Numbered from the stretch's first letter, positions 41,544-52,362 are shown. The stretch: 64,000 bases of DNA from an uncultured Clostridia bacterium (GCA_944393135.1 CALXZC010000002.1:686-64685), one strand, 5' to 3'. Translations and numbers: made by a program. Notes: generated by a model not told the origin, from the letters alone.

Positions 41544-42533
41544 TTATTTCTTTTCTTTTTTATTTTTTACATGATTTTGGGCTAAATATAATAAATTACT
41601 ATACATTTTAAAAGTAAATTTATTAATTGTTCTTAAATACATACTTTTTAAATCATATTTATTTCTTAGTATAGGATTTTTCTTCCAACTTGGAAATGTT
41701 GTATATACTTTTTTCCATGTTAATTTTAATAATTTCTTCCTTATTTCTTCATCTTCTATTTTTACTATTCTAAGCATAGAGCTACAAAATGCATATCTTA
41801 CATACACATACTCTAATTCGTTTTTATATTCATTATACCATTTATTTTCTATATAATAGTTTATTACATGCTCTAATACGTCAAATATTTCCTTATTTCT
41901 TTCATTCTGTTTATTAGATATTGAACCTTCTCTTTGTATATAGTGTACACAAGGCTTTTTTAAAAAAGATACTTTTTCTATATATGGTATTAATTTATAT
42001 GTAAATTCTACATCTTCATATCTATAAGCTTTTGGAAATATTATTTTTGATTTTTCTAATATTTCCTTTTTTATCAACTTATTCCATGCAACTACTCTTA
42101 CCTTTTCCAACATTTCCTTTTTATTTTTATATATAATTCCTATATCTTCTTTTTTCTTATCTGGATATTCCCAATAAAAATCACATTCTACCATATCGCT
42201 ATTTTCTTTTTTAGCTAACTCATACATGTCTTTATACATCGTTTTTTCAACATAATCATCAGAATCCAAAAATGCTATATATTCTCCTTTAGCATATGGC
42301 AAAGCATAATTTCTTGCATCTGATAATCCTCCATTTTCTTTTTCTAAATATGTAATTTTATTGGGATATTTATTTAGATATTTTTTTACAATATCTACGC
42401 TTTTATCTTGCGAACCGTCATTTACAAGTATTATTTCTATATCTTGTAATGTTTGATTTACTAATGTTTCTAAGCATTTTTCTATATAATTTTCTACATT
42501 ATAAAAAGGAACTATTACACTTAAACTTTTCAT
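41544..42533 (-). CDS. Glycosyltransferase family 2
   Basis: LSVIVPFYNVENYI, LSDARNYAL and FLDSDDY motifs are present. Confidence 0.8.
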   Translation of the reverse strand: MKSLSVIVPFYNVENYIEKCLETLVNQTLQDIEIILVNDGSQDKSVDIVKKYLNKYPNKITYLEKENGGLSDARNYALPYAKGEYIAFLDSDDYVEKTMYKDMYELAKKENSDMVECDFYWEYPDKKKEDIGIIYKNKKEMLEKVRVVAWNKLIKKEILEKSKIIFPKAYRYEDVEFTYKLIPYIEKVSFLKKPCVHYIQREGSISNKQNERNKEIFDVLEHVINYYIENKWYNEYKNELEYVYVRYAFCSSMLRIVKIEDEEIRKKLLKLTWKKVYTTFPSWKKNPILRNKYDLKSMYLRTINKFTFKMYSNLLYLAQNHVKNKKEKK

Positions 42534-42536
42534 TTT

Positions 42537-43488
42537 CTACCTCATTTTTAAATATAGATTTACACTATATTTTAATAATATTCTTTTTATTTTTTGTTTT
42601 AGATTATCTGGTTTTATGTTTCTATACATAAATCTATCTTTTATTTCTTTTATATATTTTTTCTTTTCTTCTCCTTTTAAAGTATCAGCTTTTAATATTA
42701 CTGAATTGGTATAATATCTTTTTACTAAACCTTTTGTTTCATCACTTATATTATCATAAACATCTATTATTTTCATCATATTATCATAATGTAAAATCAT
42801 ATCTTTTGCTCTTTCTAAATCTTTTTTAGTATCCCTACTTCTTGTTAAGCTTTCTTCTGTTTGTAAATAATTATATCCATAAATATCTGTTGAGACAAAA
42901 CTTTTAGCTTGTATTATAATTAAAGAAGTTAATCCAAAATCCTCATGATATCTTAGCTTATATTTAAAGTTATTTCCTACAAAAAATTCTCTTCTATATA
43001 AGTAAATACATGCTGGATCCATATATTTATCTGAAGTACATAGTTTTTTATAGCCTTCTTCTCCACTACATATAGAAAATACTGGTCCTGTTATTTTTTC
43101 TAAAATGTTTCCATTTTCATCTACTGTTTTCATCTTAAATTTTATTAAATCTATATTTTCGTCCATATATTTTTCTAATTCTGAAAATAAGTTATTGTCT
43201 ATATAATCATCACTATCTATAAATGATATATATTTTCCGACTAGCATGTTCTACTCCACAATTTCTTGCAGATGCTAAACCTCCATTTTCTTTTTTTAGA
43301 TATTTAATCCTTAAATTTTTATGTTCTTCTATATATTTTTTTATAACATCTTCTGAATTATCTGTTGAACCATCATTTACAATAATTATTTCAAGATCTT
43401 GCATTGTTTGTTTTAAAATACTATCTAAACATTTTTCTATGTACTTTTCTGTATTATAAACAGGAATAATTACACTTATTTTTGCCAT
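42537..43488 (-). CDS. Glycosyltransferase family 2. Needs a +1 shift at 43237-43239.
   Basis: Joined reading: ISVIIPVYNTEKYIEKCLDSIL...NGGLASARNCGVEHAS-GKYISFIDSDDYID. Confidence 0.85.
43237..43239 (-). other. In-frame CGG at an apparent +1 shift site (GT2 gene)
   Basis: The sense strand reads AGT CGG AAA ATA TAT ATC and stops 8 codons later. The +1 frame reads GGA AAA TAT ATA TCA TTT ATA GAT AGT GAT GAT = GKYISFIDSDD. Confidence 0.9.
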
Positions 43489-43491
43489 TTT

Positions 43492-45384
43492 CTATTTTCC
43501 CTCTTCGTTACTTTTATTTTTTATACCTTTACTTCCTTCTGTCTCTTTTGTTTCTTGTTTATTTTCTTTTCCTTCTTCTTTTAAATTTGATAAACTAATC
43601 ATTAATATCGTAAGTATTGGAATACAAGTAAACATTCCAAAAATATATCTGTATTCGCAATATACTGGTGATGCTATTGTTGTTAGCCATAAGCTAAATA
43701 TTGGTATATATGCTAATATTAGTTTGTACTTTTTAGTATACGCCATATAACCTACACATAAAATGATTATCCAAAATACAAAACCTATACTTATCCACAT
43801 TGATATTATTGGCATTTTTCTTCCATTAATATCTGCATAATAACCATCTAAAAACTCTAAATTTACTGCTGGTTTTCTATCATATCCTATCATCTCTTCA
43901 CTTTCTTCATATACATACCATGTTGGTAAAATTCCATTATTAGCCTGAGGATACCAGTATCCAAATGAATTGTCTAAAAATGCTTCTATATACTCTACTG
44001 GATATTTAAAAAACAAGTTAACCCATAATAATACAAAATCTAATTTATTATTATTAAATTCTTCATTATTAAAATGGTCTTTTATATTGTCAGAAATTAA
44101 AGGATAATATCTAGAACTCATTTCTTCTAAATCCATATTTATGTATTTTTGAATTTTAGTTTTTTCTTCTTCTGTTAATTCACTTCTTCTATATTTTACC
44201 GTTCTTGCAATTTGTTGTACTGGAACAGACATCATTTCTCTTATAGGTCCATCTGTTACATTTAATAATTTAAAAATAGGTCCTTTCCATGATACATTAA
44301 ATAACATTACAGCTAAAAGCATCAAAGCTAATTTCTTTCTGTTTCCTTTTAAGAATATCAATAGTACTGTTAGTGTTATTAAAACAACATATAATCCATT
44401 ATTCCTAAATAATATTGTAAATATAGATATTATGATAAAACTTGCAAAATTTCTTTTTTTCTTAAAATATTCTTTATTTGTTATCATTTCTATAACTTGT
44501 ATTGTGAATAATACAAGCATTATTCCAAACGGTACATCTTTCCACATTGTAATACTATAAGGTCCAAAAGCTGGATATATGATAAAGAAAATTAAAGTAA
44601 GTATTCTAAATACTATGCTTACATTTTTCTTTGCCATATATTTTAGTACATATGAAAAACTAAATGATACAAATATCATTTGAAGTATTGAATATATCAC
44701 AATCCCTATATATGCACCACCTAATAACTTTCCTAGACTTATACATCCATAAACAATAAATATATGAAATACTGGATGGTGATTTTTGAAGTATGTGGCA
44801 TTACTTAAACCATAATCCATTTCTGCTATTGAATCAGATGTATATACTCCTGGAAAATTATATAAAAAGTGTGGTAAATATGCTATAAATAATATTAGTG
44901 CAATTCCAAATAGTGATTTCTTATTGTCTGTAAAATATTTTCTTATTTCGCTATCTTCTTTTAATTTTATTCTTGGCAAAACTTTAGTATATACATAAAT
45001 AATTATTGTATAAAAGACAATAACATAACCTATAAATTTTAATACAGCCTTTAAGAATATTTCTTTAGAACCAATAATTCCAGCTAAGCTATTATAACTA
45101 CTTATACTATATCCAACAACTTCCATCGCCGCAAATATTGCAGCTACTATTACTGATATTATTCTAGCTCTTTTATCTTTTAATTCTACTATTTGTTTTA
45201 AAGCTATAAATAAAATCAAAAAAAATGACATTAACAATATTGCATCAGCACTTGTAAAAGCATCTCTTATACTAACTGATGTATCTAAATTAAGATTAAA
45301 ACATGTAGCTCCAATTATAGCTACAATTAAAATAACTATATTTTTTATATTCTGCTTACTCATTAAAAACTCCTCATAAAACAC
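43492..45384 (-). CDS. Large polytopic membrane protein, paralog of 37704..39485
   Basis: 630 aa carrying the same motif series: FKNHHPVFHIF, WKDVPFGIM, FRNNG, PVQQIARTVKY and CEYRYIFGMF. Confidence 0.55.
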   Translation of the reverse strand: MFYEEFLMSKQNIKNIVILIVAIIGATCFNLNLDTSVSIRDAFTSADAILLMSFFLILFIALKQIVELKDKRARIISVIVAAIFAAMEVVGYSISSYNSLAGIIGSKEIFLKAVLKFIGYVIVFYTIIIYVYTKVLPRIKLKEDSEIRKYFTDNKKSLFGIALILFIAYLPHFLYNFPGVYTSDSIAEMDYGLSNATYFKNHHPVFHIFIVYGCISLGKLLGGAYIGIVIYSILQMIFVSFSFSYVLKYMAKKNVSIVFRILTLIFFIIYPAFGPYSITMWKDVPFGIMLVLFTIQVIEMITNKEYFKKKRNFASFIIISIFTILFRNNGLYVVLITLTVLLIFLKGNRKKLALMLLAVMLFNVSWKGPIFKLLNVTDGPIREMMSVPVQQIARTVKYRRSELTEEEKTKIQKYINMDLEEMSSRYYPLISDNIKDHFNNEEFNNNKLDFVLLWVNLFFKYPVEYIEAFLDNSFGYWYPQANNGILPTWYVYEESEEMIGYDRKPAVNLEFLDGYYADINGRKMPIISMWISIGFVFWIIILCVGYMAYTKKYKLILAYIPIFSLWLTTIASPVYCEYRYIFGMFTCIPILTILMISLSNLKEEGKENKQETKETEGSKGIKNKSNEEGK

Positions 45385-45470
45385 GTTTGTTTTAATTAAA
45401 ATTTATATTTTGTAACGTAATTTTATCATTTATTTCAATGATAATCAAGATTTTAAATTTAAAACATTGA

Positions 45471-45501
45471 AAAGAGGTAAAAACTATATTTCTACCTCTT
45501 T
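45471..45501 (-). terminator. Intrinsic terminator downstream of the glucosaminidase gene
   Basis: 9-bp stem aaagaggta / tacctcttt, followed by a T run on the minus strand. Confidence 0.5.
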
Positions 45502-45507
45502 CTTACG

Positions 45508-47890
45508 CTATTCTTCCTTTTCTAAATCAGTAACTATATTATTTTCCAATATCATTCTAATATTTTCGCTTTCAAGAACTAATTTTCCATCAACTATTTT
45601 AACTTTAGAATTTCCTATATTTCCTACTGTCTGATTATTTAATTCAACTATTACATTTTGATGATTACTTATATTATTTGGATTTGTTCCTTGCACTTCA
45701 AATGTATACTCTTCACTTCCTAAACTACTTACATCTATGCTATAGCTATATACATATGGCTCTACATATTTCATTGTTACTTCTTTTACTATTTCACTAC
45801 CATTTTTTATTACTAATTTTGGAAGTGTTTTTGGTTCTATTTGCACTGTTCCATTTAACCACTCTTGTACTACAAGTTCTCCACTTATTATACTTCCATT
45901 TAAAGTAACATCTGTATACTGCATGCTTAGCATATATCCATCATAAGAATTTTTTTCACTTTTTACTACAAGTTTACCATTTTCTACTCTAAGTATTTCA
46001 TCTTTTATATTTCCAATTTCCTGGGTCCTTAATGATACTAGTACATTTTGATGCTTACTTATATTATTATTATTTGTACCTTGTACCTCAAATGTATATT
46101 CTCCAATTCCGATGTTTCCAATATCTACACTATAACTATATACATATGGCTCTACATACTTCATTATTACTTCTTTTACAATACTATTATTACTATTTTT
46201 TAACACTAATTTTGGAAGTGTCTTTGGTTCTATTTGCACTGTTCCATTTAACCATTCTTGTACTACAAGTTTTCCATTAATTGTACTTCCATTTAAAGCT
46301 AAATCTGTATACTGCGTGCTTAGCATATATCCATCATAAGTATTATCTTGGTTACCTGTTCCTATTAATAATTTACCATTTTCTGTTCTTACATTATTAT
46401 TTCCTATTATACCTATTTCTTGATTATTTAAAGTTATCTCTATATTTTGATGAGTACTGATATTGTCTTTATTTGTTCCTTGTACTTCAAATGTATATAT
46501 TCCATTTTCCAAGCTTCCTATATCTATGCTATAACTATATACATATGTTTCTACATAGTTCATCGTTAATTCTTTCACAATGCTATTATTACTGTTCTTT
46601 AACACTAATTTTGGAAGTGTTTTTGGTTCCATTTGCACTGTTCCATTTAGCCATTCTTGTACTACAAGTTCTCCACTTATTATACTTCCATTTAAAGCTA
46701 TATCTGTATACTGACTACTTAACATATATCCATCATAACTATTATCTATTTCTTTTATTGTTAATTTTCCATCTATAGATTTTACTTCATTATTTCCTAT
46801 TTTTCCAATATCTTGGTCTTTTAATATTATTTCAATATTTTGATGAGTACTTATGTTATTATTATTCGTTCCTTGTACTTCAAATGTATATTCTCCAAAA
46901 CTAAAACTTCCTATATCTACACTATAACTATATACATATGGTTCTACATAATTCATTGTTATTTCTTTTACAGAATTATTACCACTATTTTTTATTACTA
47001 ATTTTGGAAGTGTTTTTGGTTCCATTTGCGCTGTTCCATTTAGCCATTCTTGTACTACAAGCTTTCCACTGATTGTATTTCCATTTAAAGCTACATCTGT
47101 ATACTGACTACTTAGCATATATCCATCATATACAAATGCTATTTTATTATTTTCTATTCTTACTGTATAAATTCCTATTTTTCCAACATTTTTATTATTA
47201 TAAGAAACTGTTGTAACTCTATTTGCACTAATATTTTTATTGTTTGATGCCTCTACCTGTAATTCATATTTCTTTGTTTTATCTATATATTTCTCATCAG
47301 AACTAAATCCATATACATATGGTTCTACATAACCAACTTCACATTCAACACTGCTTCCATCTTCTGCAACTAATTTAACTCTTGGTGTTGTTTTTGGCTC
47401 TTCTTGTCTTGTACCATCAATCCATTCTTGTATTACCAACAACCCTTCAATTTTAGTACCATTAACTGTTAAATCTGTGAAAGGTGTACTTAGCATATAT
47501 CCATCATATGTGAATGTAAATACATTATTTAACATTTGTACATTATATCCATATATTTTTCCTAAATTTTGGTTTTTACAAGGAATTCTTGAAACCACTG
47601 TTTGATTACTTATATTATTTGGATTTCCACATTTTACTTCTATATAATACTCTTTTATAGGATTTAAACTTGCTACATCTACACTATATTCATAAACATA
47701 TGGTTCTACATATGAAACATCACATTCTATTACTTCACCATCATCTGATTTTAGTAATATTATAGGGTCTTTATTAGGTTCTATTTGTTCTGTTCCATTT
47801 AAGTACTCTTGTACTACTAATTTTCCTTTAATATTTCTTCCATCTGTTGTGATATCTCCGTATTGGAAACTATTAACAAATCCATCATAA
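45508..47890 (-). repeat. Six tandem ~390-bp coding repeats (~130-aa module)
   Basis: The protein blocks ...VQEWLNGTVQIEPKTLPKLV...YVEPYVYSYS.D....EYTFEVQGTN..NIS.HQN recur. The left boundary is approximate. Confidence 0.8.
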
Positions 47891-48921
47891 GGTTCTCCTG
47901 GCATTCTACAAGCTTGAGTTGGCATGTTTTCATATAAAGGTATCAAAAATTGGAAATTACTATTTCCTTGTATATTATTAACTCTATATAAATCATATAA
48001 AATATCTGCTTCACTTTGTGCTCCAAATAAATTTTGCATATATTGATGCCAATATAATTGTCCATTTGTATTATATACAGAAAACTTTTGCAAGTATAAT
48101 GTATTTTGTCCCACATCTATATAACTTTCACCAACGAATGCTCCCCCACCTTCTATTGAAGCTGCTCTTGAGTTCCATCCTTCAATCGCCGCTCTATCTA
48201 AGGCATGTATGTAAATCATATAAGTTGGTTCTGATGAAGCTCTTGAAGCTCCAATACTGAATAAATTATAATATCCATATCCATAATTTTGGTATCCATT
48301 TCCAGTATATCCTAATCCAGATGATAAAGTCGATGTTCCACTTCTTCCCTGCTCTTGAATTACTCTTGTAACTAAATGATAAGCATTCAAATTATTTCTT
48401 GCTGCTGTATTTACAAAAGCTTGAATTGCTGCTTCATCATTTTGTAAATATGCTACTTTTTCCATTTTTAATACGTTTCTTATCTCATCAGCAGTAGTTC
48501 CTATAGATGCATCTAACTTTTGAAATTGGAAAATATCTTGTGCATTTAAAAAATTTCTTGGATCCATCATATATTCTATTGCTTCCTCTGATGCACAATA
48601 TAGTCCACTATCATACCACTTACCTTGGCTTCTACACTCTTCACAAATCCATGCATCATCCATATCTGTACTAACTAAATTACGTCCATGTGTTTCACTA
48701 TGTTCATTATATATTACTGTATCCCAATCTAAACCAGTATACAAAACTTGTATATTAGGATATGTTTTCTTCAGTTCCAATAACTGAGCTTTTATGTTTG
48801 GATAACGTGTTTCATCAATACTTTCCACACTTGAAATATATGCTGCTTGCACATTATCTACAAATAAAAAAATCCCAATTAACACTAAAAATACTATACT
48901 TAATTTAAATATTTTATTCAT
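45508..48921 (-). CDS. Secreted peptidoglycan hydrolase: an N-terminal glucosaminidase (GH73-like) domain plus six ~130-aa repeat modules
   Basis: A signal peptide is present. The N-terminal ~345 aa include YYNLFSIGA and LYLQKF regions typical of the mannosyl-glycoprotein endo-beta-N-acetylglucosaminidase family as I recall it. Repeats of the form YDGYMLS.QYTD..LNG..I.G.LVVQEWLNGT.Q.EPKTLPKLV follow. Confidence 0.7.
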   Translation of the reverse strand: MNKIFKLSIVFLVLIGIFLFVDNVQAAYISSVESIDETRYPNIKAQLLELKKTYPNIQVLYTGLDWDTVIYNEHSETHGRNLVSTDMDDAWICEECRSQGKWYDSGLYCASEEAIEYMMDPRNFLNAQDIFQFQKLDASIGTTADEIRNVLKMEKVAYLQNDEAAIQAFVNTAARNNLNAYHLVTRVIQEQGRSGTSTLSSGLGYTGNGYQNYGYGYYNLFSIGASRASSEPTYMIYIHALDRAAIEGWNSRAASIEGGGAFVGESYIDVGQNTLYLQKFSVYNTNGQLYWHQYMQNLFGAQSEADILYDLYRVNNIQGNSNFQFLIPLYENMPTQACRMPGEPYDGFVNSFQYGDITTDGRNIKGKLVVQEYLNGTEQIEPNKDPIILLKSDDGEVIECDVSYVEPYVYEYSVDVASLNPIKEYYIEVKCGNPNNISNQTVVSRIPCKNQNLGKIYGYNVQMLNNVFTFTYDGYMLSTPFTDLTVNGTKIEGLLVIQEWIDGTRQEEPKTTPRVKLVAEDGSSVECEVGYVEPYVYGFSSDEKYIDKTKKYELQVEASNNKNISANRVTTVSYNNKNVGKIGIYTVRIENNKIAFVYDGYMLSSQYTDVALNGNTISGKLVVQEWLNGTAQMEPKTLPKLVIKNSGNNSVKEITMNYVEPYVYSYSVDIGSFSFGEYTFEVQGTNNNNISTHQNIEIILKDQDIGKIGNNEVKSIDGKLTIKEIDNSYDGYMLSSQYTDIALNGSIISGELVVQEWLNGTVQMEPKTLPKLVLKNSNNSIVKELTMNYVETYVYSYSIDIGSLENGIYTFEVQGTNKDNISTHQNIEITLNNQEIGIIGNNNVRTENGKLLIGTGNQDNTYDGYMLSTQYTDLALNGSTINGKLVVQEWLNGTVQIEPKTLPKLVLKNSNNSIVKEVIMKYVEPYVYSYSVDIGNIGIGEYTFEVQGTNNNNISKHQNVLVSLRTQEIGNIKDEILRVENGKLVVKSEKNSYDGYMLSMQYTDVTLNGSIISGELVVQEWLNGTVQIEPKTLPKLVIKNGSEIVKEVTMKYVEPYVYSYSIDVSSLGSEEYTFEVQGTNPNNISNHQNVIVELNNQTVGNIGNSKVKIVDGKLVLESENIRMILENNIVTDLEKEE

Positions 48922-49015
48922 TTGTTACCTCCTCTTAAAAAAGTATATATTATTTTTACTCATTTTTCAACATATTTTTTGTTAATTTTGTTGGGATTTT
49001 TTTCCTTTTCAAAAA

Positions 49016-49041
49016 GGAATGACTTCTGCTAAAAGTCATCC
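49016..49041 (-). terminator. Hairpin downstream of the amidase gene
   Basis: The stem is atgactt / aagtcat, flanked by gg/cc, with a T run on the minus strand. Confidence 0.4.
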
Positions 49042-49049
49042 CTTTTCTT

Positions 49050-52000
49050 TTATTTTATTTCGTTAGAAATATCTTCAACCACATTATTTTTCTGTTGTAA
49101 AATATCTTCCTCAACTTTATTGTTATTATCTGTTATTATTTCGTTTTGTTTTTCTATAACAACTGTACTCTCTTCTTGAACTTGCTTTTCTTTAATCTCA
49201 TCTACGCTATTTTCCACAGATAATTTTCCATTAACAATTTCTATTTCTTTATCTAATATTTTTCCAACTTCTTGTTCCTCTAATATAACTTCTATATTTT
49301 GATGATTACTTATGTTATCCTTATTCGTTCCTTGTACTTCAAATATATATTCTCCAACACTTAAATCACTTATATCAAAGCTATAACTATATACATATGG
49401 TTCTTCATAATTCATTGTTATTTCTTTTACTATTTCACTACCATTTTTTATTACTAATTTTGGAAGTGTTTTTGGCTCTATTTGCACTGTTCCATTTAAC
49501 CATTCTTGTACTACAAGTTTTCCACTTATTGTATTTCCATTTAAAGCTACATCTGTATACTGCATGCTTAACATATATCCTTCATAAGTATTATCTACAG
49601 TTTTTATTACTAATTTACCATTTTCTGCTCTTAATACTTTATCTCCTAAATTTCCAATCCCTTGGTTTTCTAATGATATTTCTATTTTTTGATGCTCACT
49701 TATATTATCTTTATTTGTTCCTTGTACTTCAAATATATATTCTCCAACATTTAAATCACTTATATCAAAGCTATAACTATATACATATGGTTCTTCATAA
49801 TTCATTGTTATTTCTTTTACTATTTCACTACCATTTTTTATTACTAATTTCGGAAGTGTTTTTGGTTCTATTTGCACTGTTCCATTTAGCCATTCTTGTA
49901 CTACAAGTTTACCACTTATTTTATTTCCTTTTAAGGCTACATCTGTATACTGGCTACTTAACATATATCCATCATAAGTATTATCTACAACTTTTACAAC
50001 TAATTTACCATTTTCTGCTCTTAATACTTTATCTCCTAAATTTCCAATTCGTTGATTTTCTAGTGATATTTCTATTTTTTGATGCTCACTTATATTATTT
50101 TTATTTGTTCCTTGTACTTCAAATATATATTCTCCAACACTTATATCACTTATATCTATACTATAGCTATATACATATGGCTCTACATATTCCGTTGTTA
50201 CTTCCTTTACAATTCCACTATCATTTTTCATAACTAATTTTGGTAGTGTTTTTGGTTCTATTTGTACTGTTCCATTTAGCCATTCTTGTACTACAAGTTT
50301 TCCATTTATTGTATTTTCATTTAAAGCTATATCTGTATACTGGCTACTTAGCATATATCCATCATACTCATTACTTAATTGCCCTATTAATAGCTTACCA
50401 TTTGCTACTTTAATTTCATTGTTTCCTATATTTCCAATTTCTTGGGCTTTTAATACTATTTCAATATTCTGATGAGTGCTTATGTTATTTTCATTTGTGC
50501 CTTGTACCTCGAATGTATATTCTCCAACACTTATATCACTTATATCTATATTATAGCTATATACATATGGCTCTGCATATTCCATTGTTACTTCTTTTAC
50601 TAAACTATTGTTACTATTTTTTAATACTAATTTTGGAATTGATGTTGGTTCTATTTGAACAGTTCCGTTTAACCACTCTTGTACTATAAGTTTTCCACTT
50701 ATTATATTTCCATTTAAAGTAACATCTGTATACTGTCTACTTGTCATATATCCATCATATATAAATTGTAATTTACCATTTACAATACTTACTGTATAAA
50801 CATCTAAAATTCCTATTTGTTTATCAGTATACTCTACTTTCATTTCTCTATGGCTACTTATATTTTTATCTGTTCCTGATTGTACATATATTTCATATTT
50901 TTTAGTTTTATCAATATACTTATTTTCACAACTAAATCCATATACATATGGTTCTACATAACTTACTTCACATTGTATTTTACTTCCATCTTCTGCAACT
51001 AGCATAACTTTTGGATTTGTTTTAGGTTCTTGTTGTGTAACTCCATTTAAGAACTCTTGAACTACAAGTTTTCCTTCTAATTTATTTCCATTTACCGTCA
51101 TATCTGAAAATGGATAAGTATTTAAATATCCATCATATGCAGGTGCGTTAAATTTCATGCTACCATTAACAACATCTATTTCCATACCATAGATTGTTCC
51201 TAATCTTCCATCAGGTAATGTTAAATTAAGTGTTCTATTATTTGGAATATAAGATGTTTCTTTTTTAGTTTCTACTTGTAAAACATATTCTCTATATGGA
51301 TCTATATCCATAATATTAATATCATAACTATATGTATAAGAGCTTATTTTTGTTACTGTTCCTTGTATTTTTACCTTCCCATCTGTTGAAACAAGATTTA
51401 CTATAGGTTCATTGTCATATGACATATCATTTATAACTTCATTATATAAGACTTTTCCTTTTATACTTCCAGTATTGCTATCATAATAAACACTATCTAA
51501 AGCACCTTTTACAGAATTTTTAGTTCTATCTATTCTAAACAATTCTTTATTTTTTATAATAGCTGTTGCATCTGCTTCTGCCATTTTATTAATCATTGCA
51601 TCATTTAAATAGTTTGCTCTATCATAAGGATTATTTATAAATGCATGTTCTATTAATACTCCTGGTACTCCCATATGCATAGGCCAACTAATAATTCCAT
51701 AATAGTCTGCAATTACACCATCTGGATATACATCCCAATCAGCTCCTACTTTTGCTATTGGCTTTGGTGAATGTGATGGTACTCCTATATTTCTTAAATT
51801 CTGTAAAATATCTAAACCTAATCTATTTGAGTATTCGTAAAATCTTTTCTGAGTTGTATCACATGTTACATATACTTCTGCACCTGATAGGCTATTTGAT
51901 GAAGCATTTGAGTTTATGTGAAAGCTTACTAATAAATCTGCACCACTCTCTACTGCTCTTCTTGCCCTATCTTCTCTACTATCTAATGTTTCATATTGAC

Positions 52001-52250
52001 TTTTTGTTAATACTCCTCTAATTCCAGGAGTTGCATCCAATATTTCTTTTACTCTTGATGCTATCTTCCAAGTTATATCTTTTTCATATAGCCCTCCACC
52101 TACTGCTCCAGAATCATTTCCTCCATGTCCTGGGTCTAAACCAATTACTATATCGCCATTATCATCTGCTGCATTTGATATACTTGCTATACTAATTACT
52201 ATCAATATACACATTAATACAGTTAACATCCTTTTGATTAGTTTATTCAT
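49050..52250 (-). CDS. Secreted N-acetylmuramoyl-L-alanine amidase (Amidase_3) plus six to seven of the same ~130-aa repeat modules
   Basis: A signal peptide is followed by LDPGHGGNDSGAVGG...SFHINS...EHAFINN. A GAGGATGA RBS lies before the ATG at 52250. The repeats are the same as in 45508..48921. Confidence 0.8.
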   Translation of the reverse strand: MNKLIKRMLTVLMCILIVISIASISNAADDNGDIVIGLDPGHGGNDSGAVGGGLYEKDITWKIASRVKEILDATPGIRGVLTKSQYETLDSREDRARRAVESGADLLVSFHINSNASSNSLSGAEVYVTCDTTQKRFYEYSNRLGLDILQNLRNIGVPSHSPKPIAKVGADWDVYPDGVIADYYGIISWPMHMGVPGVLIEHAFINNPYDRANYLNDAMINKMAEADATAIIKNKELFRIDRTKNSVKGALDSVYYDSNTGSIKGKVLYNEVINDMSYDNEPIVNLVSTDGKVKIQGTVTKISSYTYSYDINIMDIDPYREYVLQVETKKETSYIPNNRTLNLTLPDGRLGTIYGMEIDVVNGSMKFNAPAYDGYLNTYPFSDMTVNGNKLEGKLVVQEFLNGVTQQEPKTNPKVMLVAEDGSKIQCEVSYVEPYVYGFSCENKYIDKTKKYEIYVQSGTDKNISSHREMKVEYTDKQIGILDVYTVSIVNGKLQFIYDGYMTSRQYTDVTLNGNIISGKLIVQEWLNGTVQIEPTSIPKLVLKNSNNSLVKEVTMEYAEPYVYSYNIDISDISVGEYTFEVQGTNENNISTHQNIEIVLKAQEIGNIGNNEIKVANGKLLIGQLSNEYDGYMLSSQYTDIALNENTINGKLVVQEWLNGTVQIEPKTLPKLVMKNDSGIVKEVTTEYVEPYVYSYSIDISDISVGEYIFEVQGTNKNNISEHQKIEISLENQRIGNLGDKVLRAENGKLVVKVVDNTYDGYMLSSQYTDVALKGNKISGKLVVQEWLNGTVQIEPKTLPKLVIKNGSEIVKEITMNYEEPYVYSYSFDISDLNVGEYIFEVQGTNKDNISEHQKIEISLENQGIGNLGDKVLRAENGKLVIKTVDNTYEGYMLSMQYTDVALNGNTISGKLVVQEWLNGTVQIEPKTLPKLVIKNGSEIVKEITMNYEEPYVYSYSFDISDLSVGEYIFEVQGTNKDNISNHQNIEVILEEQEVGKILDKEIEIVNGKLSVENSVDEIKEKQVQEESTVVIEKQNEIITDNNNKVEEDILQQKNNVVEDISNEIK
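49200..51530 (-). repeat. Tandem ~390-bp coding repeats. The two C-terminal-most units are nearly identical.
   Basis: The antisense ORF 49397..50233 repeats the string MVLHNSLLFLLLFHYHFLLLI exactly 130 codons apart. The protein units at about 49200-49589 and 49590-49979 differ at only a few residues. Confidence 0.8.
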
Positions 52251-52362
52251 AATCATCCTCCCCAAAAAAAAAAATAAATTTACAATTAAAACCACATTGT
52301 AAATTTATTATATATAACCAATTTTTCATTGTCAATATTTTTTAATCTTTTACAAAAATTGG

